From assembly GCF_009914755.1 (NCBI RefSeq), contig NC_060925.1: a stretch of 64,000 nucleotides of DNA; one strand, written 5' to 3'. A program made the translations under genes and the position numbers. This stretch comes from the human T2T-CHM13v2.0 reference genome, Homo sapiens. The notes below the pieces were generated by a model. That model had not been told where the DNA came from. It searched no databases and was given only the letters and a program-made list of their open reading frames with translations. Of the stretch, positions 47,600 to 59,698 are shown piece after piece; positions within the stretch are counted from its first letter, which is position 1, and every line of letters starts with the position of its first letter.

Positions 47600-48820
47600 T
47601 GCTCCAAAGAACACTTCCCAATAATAGCCTCGCACTTGGTCATTGACCTCTTCAGTGATGGTGTTTCTGATTCCCAAGTTTGTAATTGGAGTGGGAGTAC
47701 TTGGGTTGGTTAAAGCCTCCTTTTGCTCCATGGCCTTTGTGGTAAGAGCTATTATAGTGAAGAAGGCCAAGTGGAAGCCTCTAGAATGCTGACCTGCTCT
47801 GGTCAAGACAATGAATTAGAACCAGATATCAAATCCCAGTGGGAATGGCAGCTACCCTCAAAAACCTAAAGGACACAGGGATAGTTCCCATTATATTCCC
47901 ATTTAATTCACTGATTTCATGCACAAAAACCAGATGGATCCTGGAGGGTATTGGTGGACAACTGCAAACTTGACCTAGTAATGGACCTAATTGCAGCTGC
48001 TGTGCAGGGGTTGGTACCTTTACTAGAGAAGAATAGCACAGCCCCAGGTGGATGGGGTGTGTCATCCATCTGCTGAGTGTGGTCTTTTCGCCCCTCATCA
48101 GGAGGAAAGAGAAGAAGCAGTTTGCATTCCCGTGGGTGGACCACAGTAAACATTTTTGTCTCATCTCAGGCCTGTTGTATCTCCTGCCCTGACATAATAT
48201 AGCCCAAAGGGACTTGGACCATCTGTATTTTCTGCAAAACACCACATCAGCCCCAAATATCACTGGCATCACGCTAACTTGAACTGAATGAGCTATCAGT
48301 AGCAAGTGCATTTTGTTCTCGGTAAGATGTATGTACTCTAGAAGGTGGAAGGAAAGCCCTGCCAAACTCTGGAGGTCTACCACATCAGCAGTGCCTCAGT
48401 CTCTAATGGTCTGAGTCGTGCCAAGATAGTCCCTCTAAAACAAAGAGCAAGTATTTGCATCTCACACTTCCCACCAGTAAGAAGGAAGATGAGGCCTCGC
48501 TGGCCTCTTAGGTACAGGCGCAGCACATTCCTCACTTGGGATACTTTAGTGTTCCCTTTTGGCGAGTGGTGCATAAGGCTGCCAGCTTTGAGAGGGGTCT
48601 GGGGTAGGAGAGGGGTCTGGGGTAGGAAAGGGCTCTGCTAAAGATCCCGATGGTGGTGCCAGCACTTGCTACCAGGGCCATATGTCTGGGCAGGCCTTAT
48701 GATACCGGAGGTATCTATAGTGGAAAATATGCCAAGAGGAGTTTAGGGCAAGCTCCAACAGAAAAGTCCCCAGGGCGTCAGAACAAGGACGCACCATCTG
48801 CAGTGGGAGGCTGTTTCCTT
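47600..48820 (+). pseudogene. Degenerate ERV-L class pol (RT/RNase H) fossil
   Basis: Manual translation gives VRAIIVKKAKWKPLE (47742), KPDGSWRVLVD..KL...IAAAV (47927), KKQFAFPW, SPAL*HNIAQRDLDHL, QHIPHLG and KAASFE, collinear with HERV-L/MuERV-L Pol. Many frameshifts and stops. Confidence 0.82.
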
Positions 48821-48839
48821 CACTCCAGGACCCCCAGGG

Positions 48840-49300
48840 GCTTCAACAGTGTCAGGCACAGAGGAAGTCCCCACTGAGTGTCTGCTCAGGAAGTTTGTGA
48901 ATTGAGTGAATGAAAAATACCCACTAAAGCCCAAGGTCTCTGTGCTCTGGCTTTTGCCTGTCTCTTGATCTGATTTCTTGCCACTCTTCCCAGCTCCTGC
49001 CCTCAATATGCAAAGCTCACTGCTACTTCCCAGCCTCCCAGAGCCCTTGCTCTTTAGGGTCCCTCTGCCTGGGACACATTCTTCCTGATGCCACATGGCC
49101 CCTCTGTCACTTCACTCTTCAGAGAGAGGTCCATGAACCCAGGTTGAAATTGAAGAACCATTACTCCTCACTTCCTCTATTTTTTCTTAAAGCAACTATG
49201 GGCAAGGATTTACTTTATTTGCTGCTATTTCCCAAGGTCTTACAACAGTGTTGGGTACACAGTCAGTCCTCAAAATATTTGTTGAATAAATGAAGTAAGT
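48840..49300 (+). mobile_element. L2 3' fragments
   Basis: acagtgtcaggcacagaggaag...gtttgtgaattgagtgaatgaa and cagtcctcaaaatatttgttgaataaatgaa, typical L2 3' ends. Confidence 0.55.
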
Positions 49301-49953
49301 TTAAGGGTGTAACAAAGTTAAACAAGTCTCTTTACTGCAAGCTTGCTCAGAGACTTTAAATGCTATATGCATTCATCAGGAATTTCTAAAGGGGAGATGC
49401 AGCAACGAAGATTCTCCAAAACTCATTTTATTGTAGAACTGTCTTTGCCATCTCTTAGGGCATTGTACTGTGGGCTACATTTTGGATATCTCTGAACTGA
49501 GGTAGTCTCAGCCTGCAAGAGGGACACTCTCAGGAGAGCGCCAAGCTGTCCTCTTTGGCAGTCTCCCTCGGCACCTGCCATCTGCTGTTTAATATTCTCC
49601 ACCTGCACTTCCAAAATGACTCCAGACCAGAGCTCATTTCGGGTCCTGTGTACCCCAGGATGTCTTCCCTGGCTATTCCTCCTCCCAGTGACCTGTCACT
49701 ATGAAGGGACTTTGATGATGAGAAGGAAAGTGATTACAGGGGCCTCCTCAATACTTTCATGCTGCTATTTCACCTATGCACTGCTGTTTAGAGTAAATGT
49801 ACGTGTGAGTTTTATACTGAGATGTCAGGTTCCTTGGTGGCAAGAACCAGGACTTATTTTCATTATAGGTTTGAGCAAATGATTGTGGAGGAACTATTGG
49901 AATGAATTACCCTATGGACAGCCTAAATGGTTAAAACTTCCATTGTTTTAGAA

Positions 49954-50120
49954 TTTTTTTTTTAGATGAGGTCTCATTATGCTTCCCAGGCTGGAGTGCT
50001 GTGGCTATTCATAGGTGCAATCACAGCATATTACATCTTTATACTCCTGGACTCAAGTGATCCTCCTGCCTCAGCCTCCTGAGTAGCTGGGACTATAGGT
50101 GCACACCACTGTGTCTGTCT
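49954..50120 (-). mobile_element. FAM (fossil Alu monomer)
   Basis: Monomer carrying the FAM-type gtggctattcataggtgcaatc. Confidence 0.75.
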
Positions 50121-50453
50121 TTTTTTAGGAAATTTTTACAAGCTCTTGGGGTATTATGGAGAGGGGATTTCATAGTTAGGACTGAGACATGCTCAGCAGA
50201 GTTCGGGCTGAGAGAGCAGGCAACATGAGCAGCCTGGGGCTGGGGGTGATGTTGGAAAGGGTTTCCCTGAGCTAGCCTATGGCAGGAAGAGTCACAAATG
50301 GGGAACCAAGGCAGGTGCACATATTTGTCACATCATTCAGAGGGTTGTTAGATTCAGAAGTTGGATGGATAGACAGGGGTTCCAGGAATCAATATGGTAT
50401 ACTGAGAATTGCAGAGCAGGTGCAGAAGAACTTGAGGCTCTGGGCAAACCCAC

Positions 50454-50720
50454 TGTATTAATCTGTTCTCATGCTGCTACAAAGAACTGCCCAAGACTGG
50501 GTAATTTATAAAGAAAAGAGTTTTAGTTGACTGATAGTTCTGCATGGCTGGAGAGGCCTCAGGAAACTTAGAATCATAGTGGAATGGAAAGCAAACATGT
50601 CCTTCTTCACATGGTGGCAGGAGAGATAAATGCCAAGTAAAGGTGGAAAATCCCCTTATAAAACCGTCAGTTCTTATGAGAACTCACTCACTGTCATGAG
50701 AACAGCATGAGGGTAACCAC
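50454..50720 (-). mobile_element. Partial THE1D/MSTA LTR, inverted relative to the adjacent internal region
   Basis: tgtattaatctgttctcatgctgct...gagaacagcatgagggtaaccac. Confidence 0.85.
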
Positions 50721-52632
50721 AGACAGTAAGGTGCTGCTATAAAGATACTTGAAAATGTAGAAGTAATTTTGGAACTGGGTAACAGGCAGAGGTTGAAACA
50801 TTTTGGAGGGCTCAGAAGAAGACAGGAAGATGTGGGAAAGTTTGGAACTCCCTAGAGACTTGTTGAATGGTTTTGACCAAAATGTTGATAGTGCTGTGAA
50901 CAATGAAGTCCAGACTGAGGTGGTCTCAGTTGGAGATGAGGAACTTGTTGGGAGCTGGAATAAAGGCGATTCTTGCTATGCTTTAGCACAGAGACTAGTG
51001 GCATTTTGCCCCTGCTTTAGAGTTCTGTGAAACTTTGAACTCGAGAGAGATGATTTAGGTTACCTGGTGGAAGAAATTTCTGAGTGGCAAAGTGTTCAAG
51101 AGGAAACACAGCATAAAATTTTGGTAAATTTGCTGCCTGATGATGCAATAGAAAAGAAAAACCCATTTTCTGGGGAGAAATTCAAACCCACTGCAGAAAT
51201 TTGCACAAGTAATGAGGAACTAAATGTTAGTCACCAAGACAATGGGCAAAATGTCTCCAGGGCATGTCAGAGACCTTCACAGCAGCCCCTCCCATCACAG
51301 GCCTGGAGGCCTAGGAGGGAAAAATGGTTTCCTGGGCTGGGCTCAGGGCCTCCCTGCTATGTGCAACTTCAGGACTTGGTGCCCTGTGTCCAAGTTGCTT
51401 CAGCTCCAGTGCTGACTAAAAGGGACCAAGGCACAGGTCAGGTCATTGCTTCATAGTGTGCAATCCCCAATCCTTGGTGGCTTCCATATGGTGTTGAGCC
51501 TGTGGGTGCACAGAAGTCAAGAATTGAGGTTTGGGAATCTCTGTCTAGATTTCAGAGAATGCATGGAAACACCTGGATGTCCAGGCAGAAGTTTGCTGCA
51601 GGGTTGGAGCCCTCATGGAGAACCTCTGCTAGGGCAGCATGGAAGGGAAATGTGGGGTTGGAGCCCCCACAGACAGCCGCCACCGGGGCACTGCTAATGG
51701 AGCTGTGAGAAGAAGGCAACTGTCCTCCAGACCCCAGAATGATAGATCAACCTACAGCTTGCACCATGCACCTGGAAAAGCCACAGAAACTCAATGACAA
51801 CCTGTGAATGCAGCCAGAAGAGGGGATGTACCCTGCAAAGCCACAGGGGCAGAGCTGCCCAAGGCTATGGGAGACCACCTCTTGTATAAGCATGACCTGG
51901 GTGTGAGACATAGAGTCAAAGGAGATCATTTTGGAACTTTAAGTTTAATGACTGCCATATTGGATTTTGAACTTGCATGGGGCCTGTAATCCTTTTGTTT
52001 TCACCAGTTTCTTCTATTTGGAATGGGTGTATTTACACAATGCCTGTACCCCCGTTGTATCTAGGAATTAACTAACTTGACTTTGATTTTACAGGCTCGT
52101 AGGCAGAAAAGATTTGCCTTGTCTCAGATGACACTTTCTACTTGCACTTTTGGGTTAATGCTGGAATGAGCTAAGACTTTGAGGAACTGTTGGAAAGGCA
52201 TGATTGTGTTTTGACATGTGAGGACATAAGATTTGGGGAGGGCCAGGGGTTGAATAATATGGTTTGGCTGTGTTCCCACCTAAATCTCATCCTTAATGTA
52301 GTTTCCATAATCCCATGTATTGTGGGAGGAACCTAGTGGGAGGTAACTGAATCCTGGGGACTGTTTCCCCCATGCTATGCTCATGATAGTGAGTGAGTTC
52401 TCACAAGATCTCATGGTTTTACAAGGGTTTTCTCCCCCTTTGCTAGGCACTTCTCCTTCCTGCTGCCATGTGAAGAAGTTCCCTTTCTTCTGTTTCACCT
52501 TCCACCATGATTGTTTCCTGAGGCCTTCCCAGCCATGCAGAACTGTGAGTCAATTAAACCTCTTCTCTTTATAATTACCCAATCTCAGGTATTTCTTCAT
52601 AGCAGACTAAGAACTAAGAATGGACTAATACA
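50721..52632 (+). mobile_element. THE1D-like internal region plus 3' LTR (about 52255-52632)
   Basis: ttggaactgggtaacaggcagagg...MaLR internal ORF remnants (EGSEEDRKMWESLELPRDLLNGFDQN)...atatggtttggctgtg...ggactaataca. Confidence 0.9.
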
Positions 52633-53791
52633 CCAGCCCACAGGTGCCTTGGTGTGTGACTGTCACTGCAGTTGGGGGCCAGCTGTGTGGGCTGGAGCTG
52701 AGTAGGTTTTGTGAGAAAATGTGTAAACAAACTGATTTCTTTTTGGTAACTCCAGCACATATTTGTGTAAGGGGGTGCTTGTCAGCTGAGAGCTCAGACC
52801 AGCGTTTTTAAGATTGTGTTCTGATAAGGCTCACAGTGACTTTCCCCAAGTCTGTTCTCATCAGAGAAAAATGGCCCATCGTCACAGGGATGATGCCTGT
52901 GATTCCTATTATAGATGAAATGTTTGGGGAATGTGCCACTGGGTAAGGCTGTCAGGGGTATTTCTTGCAACTTTAAGTGGATCAGTTGGTAATAGATCTT
53001 CTTGGTTAAATCCCAGCAATTGCTGTCACACAGGACTGACTTTACTTTCTGACCTGCTACTTAGTAGCTGTGTAGACTTGGACAAGTGATTTAATTTGTT
53101 AAACCTCTGTTTTCTCCTATAAATGATGTAGGATTAGATGATGTTATGATTATAATATGCATAGCACCATTATTATATATATTCTTATCCTAATCACCAA
53201 TATCATGACAGTTCATGTCTGTTGAGCTCTTACAATGAATATTTGTTGAGCAAATAAAATGAGTTTTAAATATTGTGGTATAGGAAAAACAGGGTGGGAA
53301 GGTCAGGGACAGGGGTTCTTTTAAAAGGGCAAAAAGAAACCAGGCTTGGAAAGAGTTGGGAGCTGGCTAATACAATTAATTGAATTATTGAACTAGTGAT
53401 ATAGGAACCTTTTTGTAAATAATCAAATAAAGGAGCTACTTATCTCTCAGACATTCCTTCTGAGCTCATTTTCCTAATCCTGGATTATATTCTTTAGATA
53501 TTCCTTTACTGAGGGTCTTCTCAGTTTTTGTTTGTTAGAAAGCATCTTCATGTCATTGAATTCTTCACAATTAACAGTTATTTTCACTCTGTAGCCTGGT
53601 GCTTTCCACTGCCTTTTGTCTTTGCTATGGCTGTTGAGAAGTCTATTGTGTTTTTTAGATAAGCTGTCTTTTCTCTTTGACTGCTTTTCAGATCTTTGTC
53701 TTTGATGTTTTACAGCTTTGATATAATTAAATTTATTGAATCCTCTTTCTCCCATTGCTTTGCATGTTTACATTTCATTTCTTTTCAGTTA

Positions 53792-54207
53792 TGATATAGT
53801 TTGGGTCTGTGTCCCTACCCAAATCTCATATCAAATTATAATCCCCACTGCTGGGAGTGGGGCCTGGTGGGAGGTGACTGGATCATGGGAACAGTTTCTC
53901 ATGGTTTAACACCATCCTTCTTAGTGCTGTCATCATGATAGTGAGTTCTCCTAAGACCTGGTTATTTAAAAGTGTGTGGCACTCCCCCCTTCCTCTCTTC
54001 TTCCTGCTCCAACCATGTGATATGCTGGCTCCTCCTTTACCTTCCACCATGATTGCAGTTTCCTGAGGCCTTTCCAGAATCTGAGCAGATGCAAGCATCA
54101 TGATTACTGTACACCCTGCAGAATCATGAGGCAATGAAACCTCTTTCCTTTATAATTTGCCCAGTCTCAGGTATTTCTTTATAGCAATGTGAGAATGGAC
54201 AAATGCA
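53792..54207 (+). mobile_element. MSTA/B solo LTR
   Basis: tgatatagtttgggtctgtgtccctacccaaatctcat...cagtctcaggtatttctttatagcaatgtgagaatggac; flanks agtta/attta. Confidence 0.85.
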
Positions 54208-54453
54208 ATTTATTTCCTCAACAAATATTTGCAGTTTGGCTCCCTGTTCTGAGGATATGGGATTCCAGCTCAATGGCACTTACATTCTAGCAGGGAATAT
54301 AAGCATTAGACATAATAAATAAGTAACTTAGCTCATAGAATAAGCTAATTTAAACAGTTTTGAACAGTGTAGAGCAAGGTATGGAGGAAGTCGTATGGGT
54401 TCATTGATAATGATGATAAATAGGTGATGAAAGTCATTGAGAAGGTGAAATTC

Positions 54454-54951
54454 TGTTACCAAAAAACCAGCGATTCAGTCTACATTCTGCTGCTCACTGC
54501 ACAGAAAGCCAATCACTGAGACAATAAGTATTGCCAGGGAAGAAGGCTTTAATCAGGTGCTGCAGCCAAGGAGATGGAAGATCAGCTTTAAATCCATCTC
54601 CCTGACAGACTAAAATCAGGAGTTTATATAGCAGGGAAGAAATATAACTACATGCAGGAAAACAGGAATGAAGAAGGGATAAGAAAGAGGAGTTGGTCAA
54701 CAGGAAGCCTGTAATCCCTTTGGCAACTATGATGGGTGAGGGGGTCTGTCTTCTCACTGTCCAGATGTAGTGATCTGGTGAGTTACGGTTACTTGATAGT
54801 ATCTGGGAAGCCTGATGGTTGGTTTCCTGAGAATAGAACTCAGTTAGGACAAATGTAAGTTTCTCAAGTTTTAAGATAGGGAGGGTCAATTTCTATGTTT
54901 ATTCAAAAGAAACCATAAACATTAGTAGTATGGGACAAAGGGGCTGGTTCA
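54454..54951 (-). mobile_element. LOR1-like solo LTR (ERV1)
   Basis: gggagggtcaatttctatgtttattcaaa...ccataaacatt...tatgggacaa...ggttca, the antisense of the recalled LOR1 start. Confidence 0.7.
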
Positions 54952-55414
54952 ATTTGAGCAAAGAATGAACTTAATTGTACTTAACTGTAACATTTTTGCT
55001 TTCACACTTGACTTATACAGTCTGGAGGGAATCGGAACCTTGCTCTCCACCTGTTCAATACTAGGACCACATACTCTGTCTCTACCTACTCTCTCTTACC
55101 TCACGTTCCTGTTTTCCAGTGCTTTTGTTCAACCTGGTTTCAATGCCCCTGAGATGCTCATTATGGGGGCCTCTGCAGGGACTCCAAATATAGCATTGTT
55201 CTTTCCCCCTCAGGCTCTGAGGAATTTCTGAAATAAAACCAATATCAGGATTGAGGTCAAAAGATCACCTTCATTGCTGTGGATGGCTAACCTGGAAGAT
55301 GGAGCTCAAGTCCCAGAAAGAGGCAGGCCTGCCTCCTTGCACCTATGCTTTTCATGCTTGTGTGGTGTGAGTTTGCTCTCAGGGCTCTCTTCCCACTGTC
55401 TTTTCTTTCCTTGA

Positions 55415-55600
55415 TTTTTTTTGTTTTGTTTTAAGGAGCAGAGAGTTTAATAGGCAAGAAAGAAAAGAGAAGGCAGAAAAAAGAGGACCCCCCATATACA
55501 GACAGAGTGAGGGGGGGGGCTCCAAAGCTGAAAGAGGAGGTCCTCAAGTGTGGTGGACACCAGCCAGGTATATATGCAGAGGCTGGAGGGGGCAATGTCT
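55415..55600 (-). mobile_element. MER51-like LTR fragment with A-rich tail
   Basis: gagagtttaataggcaagaaagaa...gggggctccaaagctgaaagagg...cagccaggtatatatg; T tract directly 3' (in element sense) of ATTAAA. Confidence 0.55.
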
Positions 55601-55767
55601 TGTCACCCTGGCTGGAGAGCAGGTTTTTGTTTAGCCTACATTTCTGCTGAACTCCTCAAACGAGGCTCTCACTTCCAAGACTCTGCCTTATGTAGTGTTC
55701 ATGACTTCACTCCTGTCTCTGTGTTGGTTACAGAAGCCAAGATGTACTCCTACCCCAGCTTGCAGGT

Positions 55768-56009
55768 GCACACATGTGTATACATGCATACAGAAAGACA
55801 TATGCACAGACATGCAAACACATGCACACACACACGTGCACACAGTAACACATGCACACACATTCACAGACACAAACATGCACATATAGACACATGTACA
55901 CATGCACAGACACACACACGCACACATATAGGCACACACAGACATACACAGATACATGCACATACAGCTCCCCAGCCACCCCCACACACACAGACACATA
56001 GACACACAC
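55768..56009. repeat. Degenerate (CA)/(RY)n tract
   Basis: About 240 nt of cacacatg/cacagaca alternation. Confidence 0.9.
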
Positions 56010-57239
56010 CCTGGGAGTTGTGGCCTCAGCTTAGGTGCTTACCATTCTGGTTGTCAGTTTCTCTTATTCTTTTTTAAGCCCTCGGGGTTTTCTCTTACTC
56101 TCTGGAGAGTTCAGCTGTGTATATAAAAGCATGCTTGCAGATCTAACCAAGCATTTCTAGGGATTTGCAGTAGGAGGATTTGAAGTTATATAGTCTATCA
56201 CATTCCTGGAGGTGGAAGATTGGGTGATTTTTAAAAACACTCCCCACACTATTCTGCACCTTGCTTTTCACACATCACATGATGTCTCAAAATTATTTTC
56301 ATACAAGTGCATAAAACCCACTTCCTTTTTCTTAAGTGTTGTGTAGTATTCCTATATCTTAATTCATTTACTATTTCCCTTTTGTTGCACTTTGAGATTT
56401 TTTCCAGTTTTTCAATATTAAAAACAATGATACAATAAGCATTTCATGCGTGTCCACATGCACATTTTCAGGGTTTCTCTATGGTAGAAACACAGATAAG
56501 AGTTATTGGGTTAAATAGGCTGTCCATGTCTAACTTAAAAGCATTGGCAAAGCTTTATCCAGACAACATCAGTTTCCACTCTCACAGATGATGTATGCAT
56601 GAATTCCCTTCACTCCAACTTCAAAAAGGCTTCTTCATCCTTTATGTTGTAGAGGGATAATGGCTATGCAGAGAAAGAAAGTGAAATCAGGGTACAGAGG
56701 GAGGCAGGAATACTATTTTGAAAAGGCTTGTGAGGGAGACCCGAGGGAACAAGGGAGGGAACCCTGCAGATATCCTGGGAGGCATGTCAGGAAAGAAAAC
56801 AGAAGTGCAAAGGCCCTGGCACAGGAGTGTGCCTGGGCAGCAGGGGTGGAGAGAGAGAGGAAGGGAAGGGACCAGCTGGAGACATGGTGGGAGCAGATGG
56901 GGGTGGGCCCTGGGGTCTCAGTGCAGATGGGGTGGGCCGGGGTGGTCTCTGTGCAGATGCTGGTATGACTCACAGTGAGACAGGAAGCCATTAGAAGTCT
57001 AGGAGCTGAGATGGGGCAACACTGGCTTTTGTCTTGGGAGGGTTATTCTGGCTGTTGTACTGAGAATGAACTGTTGGCAGATGTGGGCAGAAATGAGGAA
57101 ACCAGTTAGGAGGCTCCTGTGGAAGCCAGGAGGCACATGGTGACATCTCAGACCAGGAGGAGATCAATGGAAGTGATGAGAAGTGATTGAATTAGGGATT
57201 TATTTTTAAGACAGAGTCAACAGGATTTGCTGAGAGATA

Positions 57240-57240
<1 letters not shown>

Positions 57241-57278
<38 letters not shown>
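57241..57278. repeat. (TG)19 microsatellite
   Basis: Perfect dinucleotide run. Confidence 0.97.
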
Positions 57279-57282
<4 letters not shown>

Positions 57283-57354
57283 GTATACAATTATTTGTAT
57301 ACAGAATAAGAATTTCATCCAACACAGACTGTCAAACTGGGAAGGTGTGTGTAT

Positions 57355-57835
57355 GTGAGATAGATGCATAGATAGATGAATAGATGGATGAATGGATAGA
57401 TAGATACATAGATAAAGAAATCGATGGATGAATAGGTGAATGGATAGATACATGGATGGATGGATAGATACATAGACATAGATAAACGCATAAATGGATT
57501 GATAGATGATGGATGAATTGATGGATGGATAGGTGGATAGATACATAAATATATGCATGGATACATAGATAAGTGGGTAATTGGATAGATAGATGATGAA
57601 TCAAAGAGTGGAAGGGTGGATAGGTGAATGGGTGGACAGGTAGATACATAGATAAAAGTGTAGACAGATAAATGCATAAATGGATAGACAGGTGATGGAT
57701 GAATGGACAGATACACAGATATATACATAGAGAGGTGCATAGATAGATAAGTAGATGCATAGGTAGGTAGACGATGAATGTATTAATAATAGATAGATGG
57801 ACAGACAAACAGATAGAAAGAAAGCAAGGTAGATA
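57355..57835. repeat. Degenerate (GATA)/(GGAT)n tract
   Basis: About 480 nt of tagat/ggat/agat units. Confidence 0.92.
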
Positions 57836-57937
57836 ATGCCTTTCAGAGAAAAGGAGAGAGAGCGAGAGGAATGCTGGACCAGAGTGTTGGGGGTGCAGTT
57901 TGATGAGATGGGGAAGAAAATGAGAAGTGGGTTGGAG

Positions 57938-58332
57938 TGTACTAGTCTGCTCAGGCTGCCATAATCCAAGACTGGCACAGACTGGGGGGGCTTCAACAAC
58001 TGAAATTTATTTCCCACAGTTCTAGAGAACAGACACCTAACATCTAAGATCAAGGTGCTGGCAGATTTGGTTCCTGATGAGGTCCTCTTCCTGGACCTGG
58101 GGATGGCTGCCTTCTTGCTGTGTGTTCACATGGCATTTGTTCTGTGTGAGTGGAGAGCTCTGACGCCTCTTCCTCTTCTCATAAGGACTCCCGTCCTATC
58201 TTGACAGGGCCTTGTTCTTCCGACTTCATTAACCTGAACCACCTCCTTAAAGGCTGCATCTCCAAATATAGTCACACTGGATTTAAAGCTTCAACATATA
58301 AATTTTGGGGGGATATAATTCAGTCCATAATA
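57938..58332 (-). mobile_element. MLT1A LTR
   Basis: tgtactagtctgctcaggctgccataa...aagatcaaggtgctggcagatttgg...aattcagtccataa. Confidence 0.8.
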
Positions 58333-59058
58333 TTGGAAAATCAAATTTATTTTTGTTACATTAAGTTTGAGATGTCTATTAGATCATCAAGTGAAAGTCC
58401 GGTGGAAAGCTGGCTTTATGAGTTCAGGAGACAGGGATGGGCTGGCGATGTGAATTTGACAGTTGACCATATGAAATTTGTGTTAAAAGCCATGAGAGAA
58501 TCTAAGAAATGGACCAGAAAACAAAAGAAAAGAATGGAAATCTGATCCCTGAGGCATGTGAATATTTAGAGGCAGGCCTTTCTGTGGACAGACACTAGCC
58601 ACGGAATTGGCTGCATGTAGAATTAAACCCCAACCCCCTTCTTTTTTTTCGGGCTCTGGAGAAACCCCTTACATTCCTGAGAGCTCTGCCATGTCTGTAG
58701 TGCCATGATTGTGTATTCACCAGGGACTTCTCAGGGACTGTGGTGGAAGCATTTCAAGCTATTTAGCTTTATCTTCAGCTTCAGCAGATGTCAACCACAA
58801 TGCTTCCCAAAGTGGTGGTACTTATTTATAATCCCACTTGCAGCTGCTATTCTTTAAAAGAAGCTGGTGTAGGAAGAAGGAAATGGGAATGTTTGGAGAA
58901 TCTTCCCCCACTCCCCCAAGCTCTGGATGGGGATGGGTTACTCTGAGGTCATGGGGGACTGAGTTCACTGCAGGACATGGACCCATGCCCATCTTCTTTG
59001 ACAAACAGGCTGCTGTTTGGGGACCTACAAATATGCCTTTTATACTCTTGTTCTGGAT

Positions 59059-59274
59059 CAGGAGTTCTCCACCTCAGCACTATTGACATGGGGAACAACA
59101 TGGTCCTTTGTCCCCGGGGGCTGTCCTGTGCATCATAGGAGGTGGAGCAGCAAGCATCCCTGGCCTCTACCCACCAGATGCCAGGGTCCACTCCCAATCA
59201 CAGCAATCAAGCATGTCTCCAGACTTTGCCCAATGGACCCCATGAAGCAAAATAACTTCTAGTTGAATCTACTG
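59059..59274 (-). mobile_element. MER20
   Basis: cctcagcactattgacat...ggctgtcctgtgcat...gcatccctggcctctacccaccagatgccag...tgtctccagac. Confidence 0.85.
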
Positions 59275-59359
59275 TCTGGTGCAGACCAACCAGGTTCCCA
59301 AAGCAAGAAAGTTGCAGATCACTCTTATCTACATAGGATGAAAAATGTGAGGACAGATG

Positions 59360-59698
59360 CCAGACTCACGTTGAAATTTAATTACCATTGTAACAGTACT
59401 AGGAGGTGGGACCTTTAAGAGGTGATTAGGCCATGAGGGTGGAGTGAATGGATGAATGCCATTGTCTTGGGAGAGGGCTCCTGATAAAAAGATGTGAGTT
59501 CAGTCCCCTCTTCTCTCTCTGTGATCCTCTCTTTGCCCTTCTGCCATGGGACGATGCAGCAAGAAGGCCCTCACCAGATGCCAGCACCTTGATCTTGGAC
59601 TTCCCAAATTTCAGAACTGTGGGGAAATAAGTTTCTGATTTTTATAAATTACCCAGTCTCAAGTATCCTTTCGTAGCAGCACAAAACATACTAAGGCA
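59360..59698 (+). mobile_element. MSTC/D-like LTR
   Basis: ggaggtgggacctttaagaggtgattaggccatgagg...ggccctcaccagatgccagcaccttgatcttggacttcc...actaaggca. Confidence 0.78.

Larger units (their letters stand above)
56640..58580 (-). mobile_element. L2 fragments (interrupted by simple repeats and MLT1A)
   Basis: aagtgcaaaggccctggcacagga, gttattctggctgttgtactgagaatg, aacaggatttgctga and ttaagtttgagatgtctattagat. Confidence 0.6.

Noticed and set aside
55550-57808. His/Thr-rich and Tyr/Leu/Ser/Ile-rich ORFs
   Set aside because: Translations of (CA)n and (GATA/GGAT)n simple repeats.
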